Virus record (IMG/VR): IMGVR_UViG_3300042902_000064
Span: 1-64,000 of that record
Source of the DNA: a virus
Strand: one strand, 5' to 3'
Length of the DNA stretch: 64,000 nt
The notes beneath the pieces were generated by a model. That model ran no database searches. It was not told the origin of the DNA and saw only the letters and a list, made by a program, of their open reading frames with translations. Below are positions 19,088 to 27,682 of this stretch, piece after piece (within the stretch, counting starts at the first letter, position 1; every line of letters starts with the position of its first letter). Both the position numbers and the translations under genes were made by a program.

Positions 19088-19570
19088 TTATCCTATAGGC
19101 ATCCAAAGAGCTGTCTGTTCTAGCCCTGCCAACCTTAAAGCTTCTTTTATCTCTGCATATGTTACAGTAGCTACAGTATTATCTGCCAATAACCATTGAG
19201 TGGTCTCAGTAGAAGCCCCTGCAGCTACAGCTCTGGCCATTCTATTCTGAGCCTCTTCATTACCATCAAAAGTTTTACCAGACGTAGTTGTTACTACTAT
19301 TTGAGAAACAGCAAGTGTGCGTGAAGCCTTAAAGTCAGCCAAAGCCTGAGCATCAATCTCAGCTTGTGAAGGCACATATGGTACGTGCGCTGCTATCAAG
19401 CCAGCGTTATCAACTAACCACTGCTTAATTTGAATCATGTGGGGTTCTTGGTCATCATCAAGTGGATAAATCGTTGTAGGAATCCAACCGAACTCATCAG
19501 TTAAAATCTCTAAATCAACGGTTGAATCATCGTTATACTGCGCGTTTCTGTAGTTAGTTACTGTTGTCAT
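19088..19570 (-). CDS. tail-fibre-associated protein (possibly a DUF4376-like or assembly-factor protein)
   Basis: Lies directly downstream of the fibre gene. I place the start at ATG 19570: it forms a TAATG overlap with the fibre stop and has a GAGGA SD. The family assignment is from memory only. Confidence 0.4.
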   Translation of the reverse strand: MTTVTNYRNAQYNDDSTVDLEILTDEFGWIPTTIYPLDDDQEPHMIQIKQWLVDNAGLIAAHVPYVPSQAEIDAQALADFKASRTLAVSQIVVTTTSGKTFDGNEEAQNRMARAVAAGASTETTQWLLADNTVATVTYAEIKEALRLAGLEQTALWMPIG

Positions 19571-20592
19571 TATGAAATCCTCAACCATAGATTTATAGAG
19601 TTTCTAATACCATTACTACCAATGGTAGAAGTGCTGGAAGAGGCATCGGATAGTCCAGCCCCCATATTTCTCCAAGTACCGGATAAGGCAGTTTCGGTGC
19701 CTATTGAGGTCACAGTAAGACTTGTCCCCCCCACTGAGCCCAAAATTGATAGGGGCTCTCCAGCAACATAGCGTAATAAAGAACCCGCACTGGTTGCTCC
19801 CACCGCCACATTGGTTGTGCTTTTGGTTATTAGTAAAGCATATGTACCAACACCACCAAAAGCTAAAGCCGCTATAGCTGTAGCTACATTAGTTGTTGGC
19901 GCATAAGCCGTAATAGCCGCTCTCGTAAAAGCGGTAGAAGCAATCTGAGTATTATTAGTTGCAGTTGCCGCAGTGGGTGTTGTTGGTGTGCCCGTCAATG
20001 CAGGACTTGCCAAAGCGGCTTTAGCTGCCAGTGCCGTATCTAATCCTGTTACATTTGCTGTTGTGTGTGTATGGGTTGTAAGAGCGTAAGTGCTATGAGT
20101 ATGGCTATCATTAGCAACTGTAGCAACTATATTTACTGCAGCTGTACCATCAAAGTTAACTGTACCTGTAACGTCCCCTGAAAGAGATATAGCTCTAGTA
20201 GTTAATAACTTAGTAGCAGACACAGCGTTTGCTCCAGCTGCTAAAGCCCCTAAGTCTCCAACTGTCAACACTCTGGTAGTCATTGCTGAAATATGTCCTT
20301 CAGCAGTGGTTGTAATACTATCAATAATAGTAGCACCCGTAGTATCTATATTTGTAGTAGCATATGAGGGATGCGTGTACCCAGGAACTAAGTCCTGCCA
20401 AGCTGATATACCATCATATATGTATAGCTTATTTAAGTCCGTTCTCCAGCAAGGAGTCCCGTCGTATAGAAGAGTAGCAGGAAATGTTACGCCAGCATTA
20501 AGAGACCTAAAGGACTTATAATTATCTATTATTTTTGCATGAGACGCATTAAGCGTGTCTGTATTCGGAAATTCTGTATAATTTTGTGACAT
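19570..20592 (-). CDS. tail fibre protein
   Basis: SHTHS and THTHT His-x-His motifs. The collar-repeat-like ALASPALTGTPTTPTAATATNNTQIASTAF is typical of phage fibres. Confidence 0.75.
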   Translation of the reverse strand: MSQNYTEFPNTDTLNASHAKIIDNYKSFRSLNAGVTFPATLLYDGTPCWRTDLNKLYIYDGISAWQDLVPGYTHPSYATTNIDTTGATIIDSITTTAEGHISAMTTRVLTVGDLGALAAGANAVSATKLLTTRAISLSGDVTGTVNFDGTAAVNIVATVANDSHTHSTYALTTHTHTTANVTGLDTALAAKAALASPALTGTPTTPTAATATNNTQIASTAFTRAAITAYAPTTNVATAIAALAFGGVGTYALLITKSTTNVAVGATSAGSLLRYVAGEPLSILGSVGGTSLTVTSIGTETALSGTWRNMGAGLSDASSSTSTIGSNGIRNSINLWLRIS

Positions 20593-20596
20593 TTAT

Positions 20597-21463
20597 TTAA
20601 TACCCATCTGATGCCCAAGTGACGGAACCTGTTACATAGGTTCCAACGTTATTTATTAGTTTAACAGTAAATCCTGTTAGACTTTCATTGCTTATTTCTG
20701 GAGTAGCTACTCCACCTATCCCACCTTTAAAGGCTAATATAACATTTGGGTTCCCTGCATTATAAGGTCTATCAAATGTTACAGCTATGCCGGTAGCAGC
20801 AGTTACAATTACTGCTGTGCCTTTATTATGAATATCTGCCACGTCCACAATAACCTTAAGATTATCTAGAACAGGAGTATCATTTGAAAGTGTAGTAAGA
20901 ATGGCTTTAACTTTTGCGTATCTATAAGCATAATCTCCAGGAAGAAACTTCTTAAACTGCTCGAAACCTGCAGGGCTTCCAGAATCTACTAAATCTTGGA
21001 ACTGCGTTAAGGTTAGGGGCGTATTAAATATTGATATATCTGAAAAGGTTGCAGAAGGAAGCCTACTAATAAACTCTAAAAAGGAGAAGGCTTCTTCTAC
21101 TGGGATAATTATATTCTTAGACGTACCTTCAGTGAAGACCAAAGACTCATTGAATGTTTTAACTATGTTATAAACTCTATCAAATACTTCAGAGAAGCTA
21201 AGCGATACTGCCTGCTGCATTATATACTGCTTTGTTATCTGCTCCGTAAAAGTTAAAGACTCATTAAAAGAGCCTTTAACTATACTTTTAGCAGGTGCAG
21301 GGGCTTCTGCAATACCTAGCGCTACGGAAACCCCAGTAGTCCAACTAAATGGCGCTGCGCTTTCCCAAGTATCTACTGCGGAGGCACTTAACCAGGACGC
21401 AGTGTAGGTACTCCAAGTATATACAGTATTAGCTGTCTTGCTCGTGTTTACTGTATCTGCCAT
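20597..21463 (-). CDS. hypothetical tail/fibre-module protein
   Basis: ORF in the track, between the J-like gene and the fibre gene. Confidence 0.45.
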   Translation of the reverse strand: MADTVNTSKTANTVYTWSTYTASWLSASAVDTWESAAPFSWTTGVSVALGIAEAPAPAKSIVKGSFNESLTFTEQITKQYIMQQAVSLSFSEVFDRVYNIVKTFNESLVFTEGTSKNIIIPVEEAFSFLEFISRLPSATFSDISIFNTPLTLTQFQDLVDSGSPAGFEQFKKFLPGDYAYRYAKVKAILTTLSNDTPVLDNLKVIVDVADIHNKGTAVIVTAATGIAVTFDRPYNAGNPNVILAFKGGIGGVATPEISNESLTGFTVKLINNVGTYVTGSVTWASDGY

Positions 21464-21472
21464 AGTTTAATA

Positions 21473-21931
21473 CTAAGCTAACGTAAAGGTAAATGTAATA
21501 CCTAAAGTATCGCTCGCCCCTTTATTTATAACAGGAAACACTACCCTATCTAACATAGTTCCCGCAGATGCTGCATTAAATACCCCAGCTTCTGTAAGCG
21601 CCCCAGTACCTACACCCACACCGAAAGTACAGGACATTGTAAAAACTTTAGTACTGAGAGTGTGAGCATATGCTGCAGCTATCCTACTTAGCTCTATTTG
21701 TAGTCCTGTATTACCTGCCACTGCAGCTGTTGCACCCGTGCCTACAGCTATGTGACTTAAAAGTGCAGGCCTAGAGCCATTGCCTAAAGATGCGCATATA
21801 AGGTCAAAGCCGGCATTTACTATTAAGTTGTCTCTATTATACACTATGACAGAAGAATCTGCTTTTGTTAGTGTTGCTCTCATGCTGCCCTTAAAGGACA
21901 GCATTTGATTTTCTTTTTTATCTTCTACCAT
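21473..21931 (-). CDS. hypothetical small tail-module protein (paralogue of 29748-30191)
   Basis: Similar size, Gly/Ala/Thr-rich, and a shared C-terminal ending ...ITFTFTLA versus ...ITFNGSGLFTLA. Confidence 0.45.
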   Translation of the reverse strand: MVEDKKENQMLSFKGSMRATLTKADSSVIVYNRDNLIVNAGFDLICASLGNGSRPALLSHIAVGTGATAAVAGNTGLQIELSRIAAAYAHTLSTKVFTMSCTFGVGVGTGALTEAGVFNAASAGTMLDRVVFPVINKGASDTLGITFTFTLA

Positions 21932-21932
21932 T

Positions 21933-24900
21933 TTAGTAAAGTCTCAGTGAATTAAAAGCCCCGGAAGGGGAAATAGTTTGAATGTTTACGGTAGCATTAT
22001 CAGAATCATAAATATTAGATACCATTAGTTTTCTCTCTATTGTGCTTTGAGATACTACTAATGCAAATAATTTATCAGGTGCTAGCGCATATGTTAATAT
22101 TTGTAAGTTTCCTAACTCGTCTGCCATTAGCAGCTCTCCATCTTTGTAAGTAACTTTAAGAAAAGCGCTGGTGGTTGTGTTATACAGAGTAAACATAAAG
22201 TACTCAAACCCGTTTGTAAATACTTCTTCAGGGTTCACCCACACTAGTATTGAGAATACTTCGGGAATCGTAATACCCCAAGAAGCTACAGTACTAGGAA
22301 GCCTATTTAATCCATCTCCTGTTCTGCCTGCAGTTATAAATGTAGTAGCGTTAATACTTTCAGCTAAAGCAGTTCCTAGGTATGTGCTGCTAGTTCCATC
22401 TAATCTAATAGCATCTACAAGTCCGGCTTTTAAAGTTCCAGGATCTGTAGCTATCTCTAAGGTTGTATATACTGTAGAAATATCTACGTCTTGTAAAGGT
22501 AACCAAGCCCTTAATCCTGCAGTAGAAGAATTCCATGCGAATGTTGAAATATCCCAAGATAGTGTATCTATCTCAGCAACAGAAGAAGTATAAAATCCAG
22601 TAGACTGTGCTTCAGTGAAGTAGCCTAAGTCAATATCAAATATAAACTCACCTTGTTGGTCAGCAGCTGTAACTAATTGTACTGTGCCTGCAACATTTTG
22701 AGTATTTATATGCCTACCAGCATAGCTATCTAACTCCTTATCTACAGTAACAACTATGTTTCTATAAGGTATCTCAGCTATAGCAGTAGTAGTGCTAGAG
22801 GCTAAATAGCTATAAAGCCCGTTAGAGCTTATAGCTTTTAATAGAAAAGTTCTATCGCCTTGAGCAAACCCAGCAGCCAGATTAAAATAGGTAGTATTGG
22901 TTCTGGTTACAAAAACAGAAGTACTCCAAGAAGTGCCCTCTCTTACCTCATACAACGCAGCCCCTTCTAAAGGAGCCCAATCTAACTGTATATTGTTAGC
23001 CGTTTGTGTTGCTATAAATCTTCTTACAGAAGCAGGAGCTTCTAATGTTAAAGCGGTGGAAGTTATTAAGGTAGATAGGTTACCAGAGGTATCTTCAGCC
23101 CTTATTAAATAGAAGTTTTCACCTTCAATAGCTGTGGTATGCTCAAAGGTTGTACTGTTTATAAGCTCTGCTAATACTATAGCACTTTCCCAAGCTATAC
23201 CGTATTTAATTGTATAGCCTTTTAAATCTAAATCTGCTACAGGATTCCAGCTTAGTTTAACACCTGTTGAAGAGGATAAAGCTGTAAAACCAGTAACATT
23301 TGCTGGTGGTGCTGTTTTACCTAAAGCTATGAAGTTTTCTAAAAGTGCGGGCGTACTAGATCTTCTACCTAAAGAATCTATGCTATATACTTGGAAAGAA
23401 TATACCCCTACCTGTGTGTTGTATATTGTTACATTTGCTACTGTTGTGTTATTTCCATAAGGCACCCAATTTCCAGAATCTAACTTATACTCTATATAGT
23501 ATGAGGTACTGCTGGATATAAAGTCCCAAGAAAGATCTATTCTGTTTAATACCGTACCCGACCCCGAAATATATAAAATCTCAGATGCTTCTAGGTTAGT
23601 AGGAGCTAAAGGACTATCTAGTATTATAGATATAGAATCTGTTTGAAGTTGTTCATCTTTATCTATAAAGTCAAACTTAGTGGGATTATGTTCTATAGCA
23701 GTAATTTGGTATATATTAGGCGACTCTTCAGATATACCTAAAACCCTAAACTGCTGTGCTTCTACTTCTTGTTCCGAAAGCATCCACATAGCATTAGCTT
23801 CAGGTATCATAGAGAGCGGAGTATTTAATATTATCTCAGAAGAAGTACCGTACTTTATAAAATCATAAGTTTCTATAGCCCCTAGATTAGACTCTGAGTA
23901 CTCCCCATTAGGTAGTAACTTCTTAGCATTATAAGGCATAACCACAGAAACAGTATAATTTTTATCCGGAGAAAAGGTAACAGGACTATCTAATATTAGT
24001 TTATTAGCTTGTGAGCCTTTTAACAATCTTCCAGAATACCTAATACCTGCACGACTAACATCTGCTATTTGTATTATTTCTCCAGGTCTTATAACTGTAC
24101 CGTCTAAGCCAGCAGTAAATACTACTGTTTCTGTTTCTAGTTTTTCAGAATATAAAAGCCATTTACCTAGTCTATTAGCTTGGCCTCTAGAAGTACACCC
24201 GACAGCCATAACTTCTGCCTCTCTTATACCATACCTAAGTACTGAGTCTTTATCTTCTACATATTCTACTTTTGGTTTATATAAGTTTCCTGGGTCGTTC
24301 CATGTAACTAAAGCTATACTGTGTCTGGCTTTAATAGACGTACCTGAGTACGTGAACTGCCCGCCGACAACGTTAGCTTTAGAAAATATAGCTACAGGGT
24401 CTGCTGGAGAATCTTGGATAGTACTTAAGCTACCTGCAGCCCAATAGGTCATTCCTCTAAAGACAGATACTAAGCTTTGTATTACTTTTATAGCATCTTC
24501 TCTAGTCTGCATATAAATATTAAGGGTAAATCTACTTTCTTGTCCACCAAAACCATCAGGAACAAGTTCGTCACAGTATTTACCTATATTATATAAATCC
24601 CACTTATCTATTTGAGACTCTTGAATATAAGAACCAAGCCCATATCTAGTATTAGTTACTAAATCATAAAAGCACCAAGCAGGATTATTAGTCCAAGCTA
24701 CTTTAAATGTACCGTCCCAGAGGCCGGTATATATTTTAGTATTGGGGTCATAGTTTGTTGGTATTTTAACCTTAAGAAGTCTTACGTGGTAAGACCTACT
24801 AGGAACTCTATCAAACTGCTCTGAGTCTACAGATATAAAAGCATAGGCACTGTTTGGGTATGAAAGTCTTTCATCTATAATAGAAGTATAAGAGTCCCAA

Positions 24901-25994
24901 TATAAATTATTAACAAGTGCCGAAGATGTAGAATCAGCAGTTATTCTAGTAATTTTAATATCCCAAGGGGCACTGCCTGTTAAAGGTATTGTTATATTTC
25001 TTTGATACTTAGTATTGGTTTTGCCAGATATTGTAGCCGAACCAACATATAAATATTTTGCTGGAGATGTCATTGAGACACTACCAGACCCAGACACCTT
25101 CGTAACTCTAAAAGAGTAGTTAGCTGCAGGTAGATTACTGAAATCTACTGCTATTTCTGATGTACCTAGGGTAGTGCTTGTGGGATTTGTAAATGTATTA
25201 GTAGATAATAATACCCAACCACTACCAATATTATTATTATATTCAAGTGTTATTGTTGGAGGAGTTCCGCCATAGAGATTAACTGTTTGATAGGTATACG
25301 GGTTCCATACATTCCATGCAGGTGTCTCAGTATTTATAACACGTACTAAACTAGACCCTGTTACAGGTCTGCTCCATACTATAGACCCTGATATGCCTAC
25401 CGCAGAACTTCCCGTATTAAGGGTTATAAATGTTCCGTTTGTAGAAATAGGACTACCACTTACGGATACTGCAGATGCTTGGCTGGTTAGAGTAATAGGT
25501 ACATCTTGAAAACCGCCACCATTACTTTGTACTGCAATATTAAAAGTAACAGAAGACCCTGTAATATCGCCGTTAGTAGTATTTTGTTGGGTAAGTCTTG
25601 GAACCCCGAGAGTTAAGCGTAATCTATCTACATCGGGGTCTGTGACTGTTTTAGTAATAGGCAGTGCTTTAGTTATCTCTAAGCCTACGGAGCTTTCAAC
25701 TTCAGTGCCTTTAAAACCAGAAATAGGGGCTTGTTCTTGTGTTCCATTTCTAAACTCTAACGTAACGCCTGAAAAGTTAGTAGTACCGTCTGCATTTTGT
25801 ATTGGTGTATCGTTTAGAAGTACAGATTTTAAACCAGAGATTAAACCCCCTATTTCCCCTTCACCTAAAAGGTCTAATATTTTAGCATACTGCCTAGATT
25901 TAAGGCTATCAGGTGCTTCTACAGCTACACGAGCTGCTCCGCCTCCTCCGCCTTTTCCTCCACCCTTTGCACCAGATATATATGTTTCTGACAT
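21933..25994 (-). CDS. lambda J-like central tail fibre / host-specificity protein
   Basis: The N-terminus GGKGGGGG...PDSLKSRQYAKILDLLGEGEIGGL...LKSVLLNDTPI matches the lambda J N-terminus pattern. It is 1353 aa, has FN3-like repeats, and follows M-L-K-I homologues. Confidence 0.85.
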   Translation of the reverse strand: MSETYISGAKGGGKGGGGGAARVAVEAPDSLKSRQYAKILDLLGEGEIGGLISGLKSVLLNDTPIQNADGTTNFSGVTLEFRNGTQEQAPISGFKGTEVESSVGLEITKALPITKTVTDPDVDRLRLTLGVPRLTQQNTTNGDITGSSVTFNIAVQSNGGGFQDVPITLTSQASAVSVSGSPISTNGTFITLNTGSSAVGISGSIVWSRPVTGSSLVRVINTETPAWNVWNPYTYQTVNLYGGTPPTITLEYNNNIGSGWVLLSTNTFTNPTSTTLGTSEIAVDFSNLPAANYSFRVTKVSGSGSVSMTSPAKYLYVGSATISGKTNTKYQRNITIPLTGSAPWDIKITRITADSTSSALVNNLYWDSYTSIIDERLSYPNSAYAFISVDSEQFDRVPSRSYHVRLLKVKIPTNYDPNTKIYTGLWDGTFKVAWTNNPAWCFYDLVTNTRYGLGSYIQESQIDKWDLYNIGKYCDELVPDGFGGQESRFTLNIYMQTREDAIKVIQSLVSVFRGMTYWAAGSLSTIQDSPADPVAIFSKANVVGGQFTYSGTSIKARHSIALVTWNDPGNLYKPKVEYVEDKDSVLRYGIREAEVMAVGCTSRGQANRLGKWLLYSEKLETETVVFTAGLDGTVIRPGEIIQIADVSRAGIRYSGRLLKGSQANKLILDSPVTFSPDKNYTVSVVMPYNAKKLLPNGEYSESNLGAIETYDFIKYGTSSEIILNTPLSMIPEANAMWMLSEQEVEAQQFRVLGISEESPNIYQITAIEHNPTKFDFIDKDEQLQTDSISIILDSPLAPTNLEASEILYISGSGTVLNRIDLSWDFISSSTSYYIEYKLDSGNWVPYGNNTTVANVTIYNTQVGVYSFQVYSIDSLGRRSSTPALLENFIALGKTAPPANVTGFTALSSSTGVKLSWNPVADLDLKGYTIKYGIAWESAIVLAELINSTTFEHTTAIEGENFYLIRAEDTSGNLSTLITSTALTLEAPASVRRFIATQTANNIQLDWAPLEGAALYEVREGTSWSTSVFVTRTNTTYFNLAAGFAQGDRTFLLKAISSNGLYSYLASSTTTAIAEIPYRNIVVTVDKELDSYAGRHINTQNVAGTVQLVTAADQQGEFIFDIDLGYFTEAQSTGFYTSSVAEIDTLSWDISTFAWNSSTAGLRAWLPLQDVDISTVYTTLEIATDPGTLKAGLVDAIRLDGTSSTYLGTALAESINATTFITAGRTGDGLNRLPSTVASWGITIPEVFSILVWVNPEEVFTNGFEYFMFTLYNTTTSAFLKVTYKDGELLMADELGNLQILTYALAPDKLFALVVSQSTIERKLMVSNIYDSDNATVNIQTISPSGAFNSLRLY

Positions 25995-26606
25995 TTAAAT
26001 GTTTACCGTAGTTAAGCCAGCACCAATTACAGCACTACCTATTAATAATTCTCCGTAACCAACAGCAACAGGTTGTCCTTGTGCTGTGGTATTTACAGCA
26101 CCTCTAAAATAGAATGAAGGGGTGCTTTCTGGGGCTTCTGCTGGTTTAGGTGTTTCTGGCTGCGACATAAATAAAGAAGATATACCACCAAGCAATAGTG
26201 ACATACCTATAGAGCCCAATACAGTACCAAGACCTGCTGCAAAAGAACCAGCAGCAGCGCCAGTGAAGAAACTTAAACCTGTGCCCGCCCCAAAACCCCC
26301 AGTTGCCCAAATAAGTGCAACACCTAAAACTATCTTGAATACACCTCCTGCCCCGTCTACTACAGGTACTATCCTTATTATTTGTCTTTTAGAGTAGGGG
26401 TTAAACATTTCAGACTCTTCTATATCAGAGTCTCCAATTAGTATAGAGTATTTACTATCTGGTTTATCAAATTCTTTTTTTAATTCAGGAAAGTTACATA
26501 CTAAAGCCTTTATGACTTCAGCTATTGACTTTACCTCTAGTTTTAATTCTCTAAGCTCGCAGATTTCAGCAACGCTACCGTATAATCTTACTGTTGTAAG
26601 TTCCAT
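25995..26606 (-). CDS. lambda I-like tail assembly protein
   Basis: Position between the K-like and J-like genes; about 200 aa with a Gly-rich hydrophobic C-terminal half. Confidence 0.6.
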   Translation of the reverse strand: MELTTVRLYGSVAEICELRELKLEVKSIAEVIKALVCNFPELKKEFDKPDSKYSILIGDSDIEESEMFNPYSKRQIIRIVPVVDGAGGVFKIVLGVALIWATGGFGAGTGLSFFTGAAAGSFAAGLGTVLGSIGMSLLLGGISSLFMSQPETPKPAEAPESTPSFYFRGAVNTTAQGQPVAVGYGELLIGSAVIGAGLTTVNI

Positions 26607-26609
26607 AAA

Positions 26610-27020
26610 CTACACCTTATATCTTGCTATAGTACTAATATTCTTTAACCAAAAGCCTGTTAAAGGCACTATACTAGATAGTCTACCTGTTACATGATGT
26701 AGAATATTACCATCACCTAAATATACTGCCGCGTGGTTGGGCACAGAAGACATTAGTTTTATTAGTATAACATCGTGTACTTGAATGTCTACAACCTCTT
26801 CGAAACCGGCAGTTGCTATATTATCAATATATAGGTTTTCTCCTTCCTCCCACCAACCCTCTACATTAGAGACTTTAGGTATTATAATACCTAGCTCCCT
26901 TTCATAGAATTCCATAAGTAGAGAGTAACAGTCAGAAGTGCCGTATACAAAAGGTCTGCCTATATATTTTCTTGGCTCAATGTTCTGTGTCTCAAAAATG
27001 CCCAAGTGTTCTTCTCCCAA
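26610..27020 (-). CDS. stand-alone NlpC/P60 domain protein (second copy)
   Basis: SDCYSLLMEFY (Cys) ... PNHAAVYLGDGNILHH (His), paralogous to the C-terminal half of 26960-27682. The start is uncertain: the ORF overlaps the upstream gene by 61 nt. Confidence 0.65.
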   Translation of the reverse strand: MGEEHLGIFETQNIEPRKYIGRPFVYGTSDCYSLLMEFYERELGIIIPKVSNVEGWWEEGENLYIDNIATAGFEEVVDIQVHDVILIKLMSSVPNHAAVYLGDGNILHHVTGRLSSIVPLTGFWLKNISTIARYKV

Positions 27021-27682
27021 AATCCCCCATACACTGCCTTACAGGACTTCCTGTTGGCTAAGTGATGTAAAATTATATTATTTCCTAAATATATAGCTCC
27101 ATGGTTTGGTACAGGAGAGCCTACCTGCATGATAATTACGTCATGGACTTTTGGTTTTCCAGAGGTTATTATATCAAAATCAGCATCATCTGCCAAGTCT
27201 AAATACATGTTTAACCCTTTATCCCACCAATTATCTTGCCTATAGTAGTTATCTATAGGTATACCTAACTCACTGCTGTAGTAATCCCTGACTAGGCTTA
27301 GACAATCTATTACCCCATGAAAGAAAGCCCTACCCTCTAGCGGTAGAGCCTTGTCGTTTGGTGTTACTAGAGCTTCTGTTCGCTCTGGCAGGGATAATAT
27401 CAACCAAGGTATCTTACCTTGGTTGCATGATACTTTATCCGCTTCTGAAGGTTCACTGCTAGTCCAGCAGTGGCTGTGCACAATATACTCAATATCTCCA
27501 GAGTCTTCCGCTTTAGCATAGTCCCTAGGAGATATTGTAAAAGTATGTTCTGCATTACTAGAAATATTCTGGCAAGGCATATATTCTAGTATGCCTGCCT
27601 TTGATATTACTATACCACAAGACTCTAAAGGGAAGACCCTTTCTGCCTCTAAATATGCTGCTTCTAATATTTGTTTAAACAT
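26960..27682 (-). CDS. lambda K-like tail protein (JAB/MPN + NlpC/P60)
   Basis: JAMM motif LESCG ... HSHCWTSSEPSEAD, then NlpC/P60 IDCLSLVRDYY ... PNHGAIYLG..ILHH. I place the start at ATG 27682, which overlaps the L-like stop by 8 nt. Confidence 0.8.
   Translation of the reverse strand: MFKQILEAAYLEAERVFPLESCGIVISKAGILEYMPCQNISSNAEHTFTISPRDYAKAEDSGDIEYIVHSHCWTSSEPSEADKVSCNQGKIPWLILSLPERTEALVTPNDKALPLEGRAFFHGVIDCLSLVRDYYSSELGIPIDNYYRQDNWWDKGLNMYLDLADDADFDIITSGKPKVHDVIIMQVGSPVPNHGAIYLGNNIILHHLANRKSCKAVYGGFWEKNTWAFLRHRTLSQENI

Noticed and set aside
22171-22593. Antisense ORFs inside long genes (this one, and also 676-945, 1048-1416, 8126-8584, 25642-25998, 26122-26397, 28462-28848, 29101-29502, 29632-30024, 30669-31118, 50015-50395, 51467-51814 and similar)
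   Set aside because: Each lies fully within a well-supported gene on the other strand. They have biased low-complexity composition and no translation signals.
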